Assembly (NCBI RefSeq): GCF_002571385.2
Contig: NW_019218356.1
Coordinates: 47,441-111,440, forward strand
Length of the DNA stretch: 64,000 nucleotides
Direction of reading: 5' to 3'
Source: Stylophora pistillata
Lineage: Eukaryota
Shown: piece after piece, positions 51,045 to 63,876 of the stretch
Position numbering within the stretch: the first letter of the stretch is position 1
Layout: the number at the start of each line of letters is the position of its first letter
Translations under genes and position numbers: made by a program
Notes under the pieces: generated by a model
The model's database searches: none
The model's input: the letters and a program-made list of their open reading frames with translations, nothing else
Told to the model about the DNA's origin: nothing

Positions 51045-51785
51045 ATATTCTCACTTAGTATATACTAAAACCGTGGATAGCGTTGAAGGCGCGTTCTGAC
51101 TGGCTAGTCAAACTCCGAATATCCATTGCTATTTACCTCTTAGCAACTCGGGAAAAAATGGCATGCCGGTTTGCATCCGCGACAAGCGAATAAATCACTC
51201 AAATAACGACGAAGCAGTCCCTGAAAACACAGAGAAAGGGACTAAATTTGGTTTGGCCGTGTTTAAAGGTAATGGTAACCGGGAGTTTATCGATAAAAAC
51301 CAATAAAAAAGGTTTTGTTTACAAATGCAAATTAATCTTGCGTAACTTCACTTGTTCACTTGAAAATCAAAGTTGAATGGTATTTTTTACAGAATGGTTT
51401 CNNNNNNNNNNNNNNNNNNNNNNNNNNNNNNNNNNNNNNNNNNNNNNNNNNNNNNNNNNNNNNNNNNNNNNNNNNNNTTGTATATGTATACCACACAGGT
51501 ATACGTGATTAGTGTTCTTCAGGAGCGCTGATTGGCTGGTTCGGAACTCATTAGCAAGAATTAGGCTAAGCTGGGCAGCCGAAGAGAAAAAACTCACGTG
51601 TCAAGAAATTAATTTCTGACCACCTTTTAGCATATTTACAGGAACCAAAAGGTTTGGGTTTTGAGTGCTATATTTCCTAAAACGTACAGTGGCAGTTATT
51701 TACCTCTCTGCCTCGCGGGTCAGCATAAGTAAATACTCATGCACCACTATTTACCCTCACTCAGCTGAATTCTTGTTAACTATAG
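51045..51785 (+). mobile_element. Probable non-autonomous Crypton/DUF3504-like element remnant(s) spanning an N gap
   Basis: Short coding remnant EAVPENTEKGTKFGLAVFKG (~51211-51270) resembles the NT...T....F N-terminal motif of Crypton-type proteins; flanks resemble common coral repeats (from memory). Confidence 0.4.
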
Positions 51786-52118
51786 CACGCGTATGTGAAG
51801 ATTTTGTTTGGGAACGAAATAACCTGTGTCATACCGCCTGAGAAAAGAAATGTTTTCAGTCTTTAACAGACCTCGCAGACATATAACAATAGCAAAAAAT
51901 ACATTTCTGTGGGGTTCGAAGTTCAGCTATGTGCGTTTTTTGTCTTGATGTGCTTTCTACGATCGATTTATTGGGTTTAGACTGAAAACTCTCTTAAGTT
52001 CATAGTGTTTTACGAGACTTTTCCATTTGCTATTCTCTGCGTAATGTGAAAATCTTGAAATCCTTGGTTTATAGATTCCAGAGAATTGCTTGCGCCAAGG
52101 AACATGTTCAAATCTTCA

Positions 52119-52176
52119 TAGTCTGAATTTCAGCCGTTTCTTCCCTTAAGGGAAGAGACGCCTGAAATTCAGACTA
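52119..52176. mobile_element. 58-bp palindromic mini-element (MITE-like) with a 9-bp target-site duplication
   Basis: TAGTCTGAATTTCAG...CTGAAATTCAGACTA terminal inverted repeats with a near-perfect internal palindrome; AAATCTTCA at 52110-52118 and 52177-52185. Confidence 0.8.
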
Positions 52177-53345
52177 AAATCTTCATGAATTGCCAAGGGA
52201 TTTACTGTCATTCGAATTTGTTTACTCGGTGACATTCATTACCTTTAGTTGTTTGTTATTAACTTTTTCCTCTAGCTAGCAATCAGATTTAGTGAACGCA
52301 AAAAGTAATTAGCAAAGCTTCAGGTAATGTTTCAGCATCCTTTCTTTAATTTTACTTATTATTACCAGCTTTTATAACCGTTTTATCACATTCAACGTCA
52401 GCTTTTATAACCGTAACGGTGGCCAATTTACCATTTCAACTTTGTTGATATATTCAAATTATTTCGTTACCCCCACCGACGCAGTGCCAAACAGTTTCTT
52501 TAGAAACTATCAGCCTTTTATTCATTTTAATTTTACTTGTTTTTTCTCGTTTTTTTTTCTTTTTTCATAATCGATTAAGGACATGTGGTCACTCTTCCCG
52601 ATTGAAACTGCCATCATGTATTTCTAACGAGTATTAAGTCTCTGCTTCGGTATTTTAAATTTGTTACATTCACAGAAAGATATCTGAAAGACAAAAAGGA
52701 ACAGATTACTTTTTCAGTCATAACCCTTTAATAAGATCTTTAATCTGATTTCGATTTGTTCTCGGCAGGTATGCTCTGAGCTCTAAGTTTAGCTTTTACC
52801 TTTTGTTGTAGCGAGTGACACTTTCAGTACCCTCAGAGTTCCAGAAACACGTTCAGTTGAGCTAGTTCATTTTATTAAAAGTTTATCGAAATCCGTTGGT
52901 CGCGGACACGATTGCACCAATGCCATTTAGTTTTCGTTATGTTCAATACCATCTAGTTATATCTTTTGATCACATTCAGGGTTAAAACAAATTGATTCAC
53001 CGGCGGGAGTCATCATCAGTCGTACTTCCATGATTTTAGACCACTTTTTATTTAAATCGCCTTGCTTTCATTTCCGTTTCTTTAAAATTCTTAAGCCCCC
53101 CTGTAATTAATAACAATTCCTACAGCTTTTCATTGATTTTTCCTAGAAAGAGGACTTCAGTTGACTCAATCTAGTTAAAAGAAGCTTTGGTGTTCTCGAG
53201 TAGAAAACGTTCGATCTCATTTTTGCTTTCTCTTTCTCTTCCTCTATTGTTTGTGTTTGTTTGTTTTTCTTTTTTCCTTTCCTTCATGGTTTTCGTTATC
53301 TTCTCAGTACCATCATTATAACCATGACATCGTCTGTAAATTGAC

Positions 53346-53349
53346 AAAA

Positions 53350-53380
<31 letters not shown>

Positions 53381-53384
53381 CAAA
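53346..53384. repeat. (AAAAC)n simple repeat
   Basis: aaaacaaaacaaaac... directly visible. Confidence 0.9.
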
Positions 53385-56307
53385 GCAAAATTAAAGGACT
53401 TGCACGAAGCTTGTTAACAATATTTACAGCACAGTTTATTTGGAAAAAGTTATTGAAACTTCCGCCTGCACTAATCGCAGAGAAGATTCAAATTTAAGTG
53501 ATCTTCCTTTTGAAATATTACTTTTCACTAGTGAATTAGTTAATACTGATGAAAAACTAATATGTGTTATCGTGATATGATTGAATGTTCGAAACTTGAT
53601 ATCAAATTCCGGTTCCTAAATCCATTCGGACGCTCCTCAACGTCGATTGGGGAGCGCCTTTGTTGTTTGTTTCCAATTCCTATTTCCGACTTCGTGGTCA
53701 GCGGCTCATATACCCATGCATTTGACATTCAAAATCGGTGCATCACCGTGAAACAGAAAAAAAATTAAAGAAAAGTTGTCTTTTACATCGCAACACAGGA
53801 AGAAATTTCTATGATTAGGAAACTAAAGATCTCCTCTTTTAATCTAATTGAAGCTTGGCTTAGTATTTATCTGATAAGTTTTATATCAAAGGATTCAGTT
53901 CCAGGACAGCTGCATGACTCTTTTAGCGAAAAAAATCTCACATGCAAATAAGGCAAAAAGCAATTAAAATAACTTCCTTGTATTTGCTCTGTACAATTAC
54001 GTGTCGCAGTTTGCGAAGGAAATAACACGTAACCTACCGCGGGGAACTATAAAAATAGTTTACATCGCTTGTAATTCTGGTCGGCCCTGTGTAATATGTC
54101 TGTTCCCTTCGCTTTGGCCTTAAAGAGTGGACAACAAACTTGTGGTTATTGAGGTGCGGTTCTAAGCTCTTTCTGTATCATCTGTATATTATCAACCCAA
54201 TGAATTCAGTTGTAGGAGAACTGAAAGAAAATTCAAACACATGATCGTTAATGTTAATAGGGCGTTTTTTATGCGCTGTCAATCCTTAGACTAGAGCTTA
54301 GGTTGAAGTGACAGGCCCATTTGAAATATTTTTTTCCATTGATTCTATAAACTTTGTTGTTTACACATAATCTTTCATTTGTGAGCTACGTTTAATGAAC
54401 ACTATTTGACCGAATGAAGAATCGAATGAGAAATATTGACTAATTTCAAAGGTGTGTTTAGGAAGAAGCAGGGTTTTCTACCGTAAATTTTGTCTTTGGT
54501 CAAGTTATCGTCAGTTATTAGGTTTCGTTGGGCCATTTGGAATAAAACTTTAAATAGTAACTTCCCGTATGCATCCAACTAGTCTTGATTTTATAAAACT
54601 ATTGCTGGGTTAACAGAAATATTGATAAAACACCATTCTAAAACGATGCAGAAGATTTTCCCCTTTTCACAACATAGAGGCAAACGCCAACATCTTACTA
54701 AGTTCAAAGCTCAGAGACCTTTAGCCAAGTGACCATAAATTTCTTTGTTTGATTTCTTCTCTTCTTTATAATTTTCACTCCAGTTATGTCCGCTTGAAAA
54801 TAGAAAGGGAAGCAATTTCGGTTTTCGTGCGCTTAAGTAAATGCGAAAGTATAGTCAGTTAAAGAAAAGACAATTTGCAGACGATGTATCTTTTATGATT
54901 CAGCTATATGCTTCTTAATTCTTACGATTTGGGGATATATAGAACTAATAATGTGCTTTATACTAAAGTATAAAAGATAAAGTAATGATATCGTTGTATC
55001 ACATTTTCCAAGATACCTTTTTTTAGTGGCTGGTCGAATAATTTGGCATGCGTTTGTCACTAGGAAAGGTTTTAGATGGACGGATGTAGGTGTTTGAATG
55101 GTAGCCGACAGTTTGTCGTAAATTGACGCCTAAGGAAAGTTTTTATTTATTTTCGATGTAGAAAGCGGAGCCAGCAAAGTCGTTTAGTCTTTTTTTTCTT
55201 GGTAGTTACGTGCACTTGGGTCATGTCAGGAAATGAAACTTAAATAGATAATCCATTATTTATCATGTTGTCGGGAGAAGCCATTATAATTTCTTTGTTT
55301 TATTTTACTCGACTTTTTGTCGTCAAAAATGAAAGTTGCCGATATTCTGTTTTAAACATCTGACTTCAAAAAGGGTTAAGATTGAATTTTAGTCAATTTT
55401 ATCATTCTTACAATAACTTTTTGTCAACAAAGCCAGAGATAGCTAAATTTTTTTCACTAAACAAATATGAACAAATTAGGGAACATGGGACTGTAAGATG
55501 CACTTGAAGTGATTGCGTGCAAATGTCAGTCGCGATTTCTCCCGTGATAGTGACTTCTTCAGCAAACCAGAAATAGAAAAGAAAAGGTTTTTGAAACAAA
55601 AATTAAAACTAACATTTATCCCACAGGAGCATGTATTTAGTCTAGCGCCTTCAAAGTCCATACGTACTACGTGACTACTTTTTTCTTTGCCTTTCTCTCT
55701 TCGTTTCTCGTTTTCGAAATTGTCCTCAAACGCTTGCTAATTAAAATGATTACGAAAATTGTAAATGTCTCTGTGAAAAATAACGAACATTTTAAGGGCT
55801 GGAAAAAATACTCTATGTTGAGAGAGAGAGAGAGAAACAGTAATTTGAGTAATGACAGAGATAAGAAGGTCACTTCACTTATTACCAGCATTGTAATGGA
55901 CTTTAATGTTCATACCTCACTCCTCATTAATTCCGCAGCTGTCATTCTGTTGAGCATGATTCAGTTCATTTACGTGTCATTTCCACTGATCATTAGCTAA
56001 GATTTGACTTAATCCTCTGCACCAACGAGCAGTTGTATTGGACGTTTCCAAATCATCCAGTGATTAGTCCAATCCCGCGTGGGATTTTTTATAACAATTT
56101 ATCAAATCTTTCGTACACTAGCAATATCGGAAGAACATTCGTGTTTCAAATGACCCAGTCTTTGTTGATAGTTTTCATCGTTATCATTTTGGATCTATCA
56201 TATGTCCAGGCTTGATTTCTTTGTATTTATATTTATCACTTTGACAGTAACATTTATTTCATGTTTTCCTTCAATAGCGTTCTCGAGAAAGGAGGCCAGC
56301 TAGGAAA

Positions 56308-57342
56308 ATGGTAACCAACGGTACATCTGAGAAAAATCCATACGATGACCTCAGAAAAATATTAGCAGCAAGAAACACAGCCGAATGCATTACAGAGACG
56401 ACAATTTATGTAATAATCAACCTGATGGCCTTTTTAGGCAACATCCTCGTTTGCTTGATCTTCTACAAAAATCCAAGTTTACGAAGCGTCACCTATCTGT
56501 ATATTTTTGCGCTTGCCATATCGGACGTTTTCATGGCAGCATTTTGCATGCCTCTCGTCTGGGGAGTATTGCTCTTGGGTGAATGGAGATACGGGGAGGT
56601 TGTATGTGGATTTCATGGCTTCGCTGTGCTCTTCTTAGCATTCGTGTCTTTGCAGACCATAGCTTTGTTAGCCTTTAATCGGTACTGCCGAGTGGTGAAA
56701 CCATGGCTATTCCGCAAGATTTTCAAGAAGAATTTCGTTGGATTCTCCTTATTGGCTGTCGTTTCCTCCGCCGCGTTTTTTCTTGGCCTACCTCTTGCTA
56801 CAGGTTGGGGCTATTTTCATTTCCATTCTGGCAAGATTACTTGCGTATTAGAATTCCATCATCCCGCCACAGACAAGATTTACACTGGCATCTTGGGGTT
56901 GGTCAATGTCGTTGCTCCATTTGCTGTCATAACTTTCTGCTACACCAAAGTGTTTTTGAAAGTACGGCAGCATCGACAACGCTTTTCTTCAGTAACCTCC
57001 ACAAACCCAAGACTGAGCGTTGAAGAAATAAACATCACTAAAACGCTATTTGCCATGGTGTTGGGTTTCACCTTGTGTTGGCTCCCTGTTTTCACTATCG
57101 AGTTCACGGATGCTGTAACAGGAAATCACTCCTTACCTAGGAAGGTGTATCTCATCAATGTCTTCCTAGTTTCGATAAGTGCTGCAATCAACCCAGTGAT
57201 ATATGGGGTGCTTAACAGATCCTTTCGCGCGAGATACTGCGAAATGTTTCCTTGTCGAGGCAGTTGCTTAATGACAGTTTGGAACATTCAAAAGGAACAG
57301 GAAAATAACTCAAAGCGTGAAAGTGCTGACACATACAACTGA
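56308..57342 (+). CDS. Rhodopsin-class GPCR, melatonin-receptor-like cnidarian type, intronless CDS
   Basis: 344 aa; GN, LAISD, NRY (the NRY variant is typical of melatonin-type receptors), CWLP, NPVIY. Confidence 0.9.
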   Translation: MVTNGTSEKNPYDDLRKILAARNTAECITETTIYVIINLMAFLGNILVCLIFYKNPSLRSVTYLYIFALAISDVFMAAFCMPLVWGVLLLGEWRYGEVVCGFHGFAVLFLAFVSLQTIALLAFNRYCRVVKPWLFRKIFKKNFVGFSLLAVVSSAAFFLGLPLATGWGYFHFHSGKITCVLEFHHPATDKIYTGILGLVNVVAPFAVITFCYTKVFLKVRQHRQRFSSVTSTNPRLSVEEINITKTLFAMVLGFTLCWLPVFTIEFTDAVTGNHSLPRKVYLINVFLVSISAAINPVIYGVLNRSFRARYCEMFPCRGSCLMTVWNIQKEQENNSKRESADTYN

Positions 57343-57552
57343 CCGCAAAATGGACTCTTTTAATAGGATATATCGCCTGTATGAAAAAGAAACAGCCAAG
57401 GACAATATCAACTGCTGCAGACCTACTCAATGATTTGTTCTCAGTCATTTTCTGAAGGATACTTGCCATGCGCTTCATTGGTTAATTTTTGATTCATGGC
57501 AAAATATTGTAATCACAATTCAAAAATTGACGATGATAATATTCTTACTTTA

Positions 57553-58454
57553 CATACGTATGATGCACGATCCTAGCNNNNNNNNNNNNNNNNNNNNNNN
57601 NNNNNNNNNNNNNNNNNNATAACACTTTGCTAATATTTGCCAATCGATGGCGTCTATGATAAGTGTTTCTCCAAACTGACAGAACTAAAGACAAAAAAAA
57701 AGCAATTTCAATTGAAAAAAAAATCTGCTGCTGTGGTGTTACTGCAATTATTTAAATTCTTTAGAAATTCCCATGGAGTACGTCAAAGCACTCCTTATGC
57801 ATGACAATATATATGTTTTCTTCTTTCCTTCTTTATTTCCTATGGATTTTGTAAAGGTAAAAGCTTGAGGTCAAGTTTTCAAACATTGTACACACTACCA
57901 ACCTATCAACTATATTAGAAATAAATATTTTTGCCGAAAAAAATTGCAATTTAATAAAGTAAGAATACGATGAATATATGAAGTTCATAAATTTGAACTG
58001 CGGTTATAGATACGTATGATGCAAGATCCTCGCAGTAGAGAGCGCTATTTATGCAACAATGAAAATCAGACCTGAAAAAAATCAGGCCTGTACGGCATTC
58101 GAACCACTGACCTCTGCGATACTAGTGCAGCGCTCTACCAATTGAGCTAACAAGCCAACTGGGAGCAGGCCGTTATGTTGATTCGTAATAAACTTCATAT
58201 ATTCATCGCATCTGATTTATCATCACGGGTTTATTACGAATCAACTTAACGGCCTGCTAACAGTTGGCTTGTTAGCTCAATTGGTAGAGCGCTGCACTAG
58301 TATCGCAGAGGTCAGTGGTTCGAATGCCGTACAGGCCTGATTTTTTTCAGGTCTGATTTTCATTGTTGCATAAATAGCGCTCTCTACTGCGAGGATCTTG
58401 CATCATACGTATCTATAACCGCAGTTCAAATTAATGAACTTCATATATTCATCG
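57553..58454. mobile_element. Second insertion of the tRNA-Thr-derived fold-back element (contains an N gap)
   Basis: Same left start (tacgtatgatgcacgatcc) and right end (tcatcg) as the 47760 copy; 13-bp direct repeat TATTCTTACTTTA at 57540-57552 and 58455-58467; tRNA-like heads at 58084-58156 (-) and 58266-58338 (+), anticodon AGT. Confidence 0.8.
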
Positions 58455-58803
58455 TATTCTTACTTTATTAAATTGCAATTTTTTTCGGCAAAAATATTTA
58501 TTTCTAATATAGTTGATAGGTTGGTAGTGTGTACAATGTTTGAAAACTCGACCTCAAGCTTTTACCTTTACAAAATCCATAGGAAATAAAGAAGGAAAGA
58601 AGAAAACATATATATTGTCATGCATAAGGAGTGCTTTGACGTACTCCATGGGAATTTCTAAAGAATTTAAATAATTGCAGTAACACCACAGCAGCAGATT
58701 TTTTTTTCAATTGAAATTGCTTTTTTTTTGTCTTTAGTTCTGTCAGTTTGGAGAAACACTTATCATAGACGCCATCGATTGGCAAATATTAGCAAAGTGT
58801 TAT
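57619..58803. repeat. Long inverted repeat with ~575-bp arms and a ~35-bp spacer
   Basis: 57619-58193 is the reverse complement of ~58229-58803 with only a few substitutions; it includes ~345 bp of non-element flank. Confidence 0.85.
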
Positions 58804-59398
58804 TTTTTAGGTAGGTCAATAACGAAAAAAATAAAAAAAACAAATGGAAGGTTGTTTGAATTAATAGAAAAATTTGATGATTCAACTATAGGCGATTTAA
58901 ACTGCTCTGTAATGAATTTCGAAATACTGTTTTCAAAATCAGCCCTGTGGGATGAATGTTATTCCAGAAAGCTCCCGTCCACATACATGGTAGAGCTTAA
59001 AGATATTCATTTCTGCCAAAATTAGAAGAAAAATAGAAATCATATCGCCATATATCTGTAATTTTTTTGGCTTGACCTCCTAAATGAAAATGAAATCTGC
59101 TGGCTCAAGCGCCGAAAATTAAGCGATGCGGAGTGAATTACTGCAAACGTGACTGATTCAATCTGAACTCAGCATGGTTTTGTCAAAACAAGAAATATTC
59201 AAGGGCACTGATTACATCGCTGAAACATGTATAATTAATAACATATTTAAGAAGTTCAGAATTTCACAATCTCCCAGCTCTATTTAATCATTGTTTGTAA
59301 GCTTCACCTGATTAGTATGTTAAAGTAACGACGTTAGTAACGTCAACGGTACGTGATCCATTTATCAAGAAGAAATTATTGATCGAGAGAGCAACGCT

Positions 59399-60412
59399 AT
59401 GCCGCAACGTTCAATTCAAGTGCTAGAAATTAATGAAAGAGATGTAAGTCTCGGTGGTAATAACATCCCTTCCGTGCAATGTCAAGAGTACGAAAGGTCA
59501 ACGGTGAACCTTCGTAAACAGCTATCTGAGATCCTCCGCCCCACTTTAACAGCCATGAAGCTAACAGGGCACTTTTTCGGTCCAACAGCAGTCAATGACG
59601 ACAATAAGCAGAGAACATGGAATTTTTCGTGTTTCTACAGCGCTCTTGTCACTCTGAGTCAGTATTTGCTTATTGTATTCGCTGTAACAAGTCACTGTCA
59701 TATCGGTTTGAGTGACATGAACAAATTCATCTTCTTACTGCAGACCGTTGTTTGGTATACTCAATGTGCGAGTGGTGCAACTATTTGCTTAGTCATGATG
59801 CCTCTTTCTAAGGACAAGCGATCGAGATTTTCGAAATTTCTCTCCTGTTTTGTAGAGACAGAGCCCGAGCTCAAGGGTATCAAGGCTAAGGCGGTGAAAG
59901 GCCTCATATTTGCTTCTTCTGCAGCAGTTGCCAATACCGTCATTATTGGCCTTTTCAGCATGCGTTCTGGTGGCATAATCTCTCTTTTCCCACCATGGAA
60001 ACTGTTTGCGCACAAATTCGTTCGAGTTGCCGAGGTAGTAATTCCATTTTTCTGTTCATTCGCCATGTTCTTGCCCGTTTTGATGTTTTGCATCACTTGT
60101 ATGCTTCTGGAGAGGATGTTCTCAACCCTAGAAAATAAACTCTCCAATGAATCCATACACAATTTCACCATCTCGTACGTGCGTAAAGAACACGTGAAGC
60201 TTTGTGAGGTTGTGGACTTGGCCAGCACTGTATTTTCGCCGCTCCTCTGTGCCATCATCTCATTGGATGCAACATTAATTTGCATCAACAGCTATCAACT
60301 TGTGCGGGGCGATACCGACCGCATTGCCATCATAGCTTTTGTGTACTGGACTCTCTTCGTAATCGTGTTGTTGCTGATTTTGTTTTCATTTGGGAATCAG
60401 GTCCATGAAAAG
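59399..60412 (+). CDS. Gustatory receptor-like first exon, copy F (no own 3' exons found before copy G)
   Basis: 1014-nt open exon ending FGNQVHEK|gtgagt at the conserved phase-0 position; HVKLCEVVDLASTVFSP motif; clearly paralogous to copy G. Confidence 0.8.
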
Positions 60413-62359
60413 GTGAGTTTGTTTCTTGCTTACTGCAATTTTATCTTAGACAAATTTTTCGGAAAGATAGAATTTTTTTTAAAATTTTACTCCTTGAGAA
60501 AGCTAGCTGCTTAAAGTTAATGCAGTGGTCTATTTGGGCAGCGAAAATTGCGGTTGATCTATGAATTGCATTCAAATCAGTGAGACACACCTGTTTTAAT
60601 TAACTTGTTTCAAGACTAATATAAATAATGGTACTATTTGACTTCAAAATAACTCTTCCTTGTCAACTTATAGAATATTTACCAGTACTAGTCGCTGAAT
60701 GAAAAAATCTTGAGAGGATTGCGCTTTGTTTAAAGTAATTAAATGGCGGTGTCGAGAGAGGAAACTCTACGACGTTAGTTTTATTCAATAAGTCATCTTT
60801 CCATTAAAGGAACAAAACCGCAAATGCAGATGTTGTCCAGAGAAAAAAATCCTGTCAATTAAATCCTGTTGCTCTAAGATGTCTAAAAGCTAGAGGTTTT
60901 ACTGCCATCGAGAATTCCTTCCTTCCTCCCTTCAGTATATCATTTTCAGGAATCTGGTTGGTTTTCCTATCAAACTACAATCCTAACTCCGTTGCGCTCT
61001 TTACTTACCAAAAGCATGACGATATCTCCTCCTATCTGTCTCTTGAGACAGATAGGAAGGCAGGAAAGGTCAATGGCAGGTGTTTGACACACACCACATA
61101 TGTGCAAGAATACCAATTTTGGATGCGCAAACTCGCCTGTAAAGGGTACTGGGTTAGGCATCCTGGTGTGGACAAGCTTGTTTTCTCTTGTTTTCTTTCC
61201 CTCCTGGTTTCAAAGGTTCCCAGAAACGTATTACCCTTCTGTACTGCGTTGTCCCTTTTCGCTATTCTAGTGACGAAGGAACCTATCATGAAACAATAAA
61301 CCTTATTTCTAGTTATGATTATTAGTAGAGCGCTCCCATTAGTGAACATATATTTCCTTTAAGAATATTTCGATAACAACTTGCCGAGTATATGACTCAG
61401 TTACTTAAAAAGCCTGTCGTACGGTACTAAAGTGCTATGCTTCTGTGCTTTGATCTTATATGAATTAATGCATAGAAGGGACACGACGTTGCGGCATCGA
61501 TCGTGACCATAAAATTACCACGTCTTGCAACGAGGCATATTTCAATTTCAGAACAACTTTTGATCGTCATTAAAAATTTCTGAATAACACAACGCAGGAA
61601 AGCTTGGTGCACTTCCTCTTTTTACTGCTCGATTGAGATTTTGGGTCATCACTTTATTCTCCTCTTTACAGCACAGCGAGTTGAAGGGATGTATGCTAAC
61701 GATGGAACATAAACTTCTCGGTCATGTTGTCAGTAGTTCTTTATCCTCATATCATCTGGTGTTAATGAAATATTGTCTCCGATTTCTACCTCTTCGTTTA
61801 AATTAAATATTTGCGAAATTAGAGAGTTATTTTAATGATGAAAGAATACAATAATAAAAATGAGAGGATGCATAAAATAATCGCTTTTATGGTGTACGTT
61901 TAGGTGAAGCGGAAATCACTGCACGAAACTTCGAGTTAGCTGAGTGAGCAAAACTATACATTACGAGAAAATGACAAAGCCACAGTGGCATGACAGTGAA
62001 GTCGACGACTGCCCAATTGAGAAGCATTCAAACCGAAGAGTGTTGTTTACATACATAATTAGTTCTTATTTGACATTTTCATTTTTCTAATGACAAGGAG
62101 GTATTGCAATTTGTTGTCAATAGCGCAGAGGAACAAAGAACATCTAATACGACCCAATGAATGGATAACACGAGTTTTTCTCGTTCAATATGAGGTCCTT
62201 ACAGCCACTAATGAACTAGCCAGGTATAATTACCGATCGGCAATTATGATTTAAGATCAAGCTCTCATCTAATAGAAGTTATAAACAACAGCTGCCTGAT
62301 AAACCTGGTGACCGATCCATAACATTTAGTAAGAATCGGTCCTGATTCGAGAAAACACG

Positions 62360-63876
62360 ATGTTTCACAGATCAGTTGATGCGATGGAAGGACATCGCAA
62401 AGATTCGGGAGACAGTAAATGCAGTCAAATCCCGACCGAAGAATATCATAGGAACGAAGAAATGGTGAAAAATCTACACAAACAGCTGTCAGAGATCTTG
62501 CGTCCAATATTTCTCGTTATGAAACTCACAGGACAATACTTTGGCACAACGGCAGTGTTTGAGGAAAATATGCGAAATACGTGGTGCGTGTCGCGATTTT
62601 ACAGCATTCTTGTCGCTCTGGGCCAGTGGTTGCTCGTTTTAATTGCAGTGACAAGCCATTTCTACTTAGGGTTCCAGGCGATGGATCAGTTTTTCTTTTT
62701 ACTCATTTCCTCGGTTTGGTATATCCAATGTGCGACTGCCACGACTATTTTCTTAGTTGCTTTTCCATTTTCTCAAAGTAGGCAATCGAAATTTTATATG
62801 TACATTTCTGGTCTTGTCGAGGCAACACCAGAGCTTAAGCTAGACGGTATAAAGGTGAAGGCAGTCAAGGGCTTGGCATTAGCGTGCTCTGCAGCAGCAA
62901 TAAATTCTGTCGTCGTTGTTACGATGAGCGTTTATACTGGAGGTGTCGTAGCTGTGTTTCCACCGTGGGAAAAAAACACCTTTATTCGATGGTTCGAACT
63001 CATATTGGGAACTTACTGCTCCTTCTCTTGGTGTGTCCCTGTGCTAGTTTTCTGCGTCATTTGTATGCTTCTGGAACCAATGTTCACAAATTACCAGAAA
63101 CAAGTTTCTGAAAGGTTAATCCACACTTTGAGCATCGCGCACTTAAGAAAAGAGCATTTGAAGTTGTGTCACACAGTAAAATTGGCAAATGCCATTTTCT
63201 CGCCATTTCTTTTTGTCATTGTCACATTGGATGTTCCATTAATTTGCGTCAACTTCCATCAACTCATAAAGTCGTCGGCCCAAACCGACCGCATCATGAT
63301 TGTCGGTTATTTCTATTGGACTTTCTGTATATCTTCTTTATTGATTGTCATGTTCTTGTATGGAAATCGAGTGAACGATAAGGTAAGTTTTTCTTCTCAA
63401 CCAAATCTCACCTAACCAAGAAAAAATAAAAATCTTCAAGGCGCGCAAACCACGAATGAAACTGAGCAATATTACTCTATTACTTATGCAAATCCTGTAC
63501 AAATCGTAATGCTCTCTTTTATCATTTTAATAGTTTATCAAGAGGAAAGCACAAGTAATTAAATGTGGAAATTAATTTCATCTTGATCCATGAAATATTC
63601 ATTTTGATTCGATATATAATTACACCATTGTCAATAACAGTAGTTCAATAGTTTGCTAAAACCGATTATGAAGTTATGAAATACGATTGTTCCTGTTGTG
63701 TTTTGTATTGTTTTCGTTCGTCCTGTTTGAGTTTGTTTCATCTAAGATAAAGATATATTTAGGACATGTATTTGGAACATAACGCTATGCCATCTTTACA
63801 CCTGCAGGCTCACAGTTTCTATGAAACGATTCAAAAGTCACACGTGTCCATCGAAGACCTCAAAGAACACGCCGAG
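62360..63876 (+). CDS. Gustatory receptor-like copy G (exons 1-2; continues beyond the window)
   Basis: Exon 1 62360-63382 (…YGNRVNDK|gtaagt); exon 2 63808-63876 (cag|AHSFYETIQKSHVSIEDLKEHAE|gtacgt). Confidence 0.85.

Noticed and set aside
58084-58338. Functional tRNA-Thr(AGT) gene pair
   Set aside because: The T stem is mostly unpaired (GGTTCGAATGC) and both copies are embedded in the repeat element; treated as pseudo-tRNA heads
59761-60288. Antisense ORFs overlapping Grl, GPCR and CYP exons (also 35641-36009, 45419-45997 and others)
   Set aside because: Shadow frames of real coding exons with no independent motifs
61030-61057. 13-bp perfect hairpin tcctatctgtctc-tt-gagacagatagga
   Set aside because: Isolated, with no TSD or second copy seen; no function can be supported
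61717-61775. SSYHLVL peptide resembling a Grl last exon for copy F
   Set aside because: No in-phase acceptor at the expected distance, no terminal LP-stop, and no preceding exons 2-3
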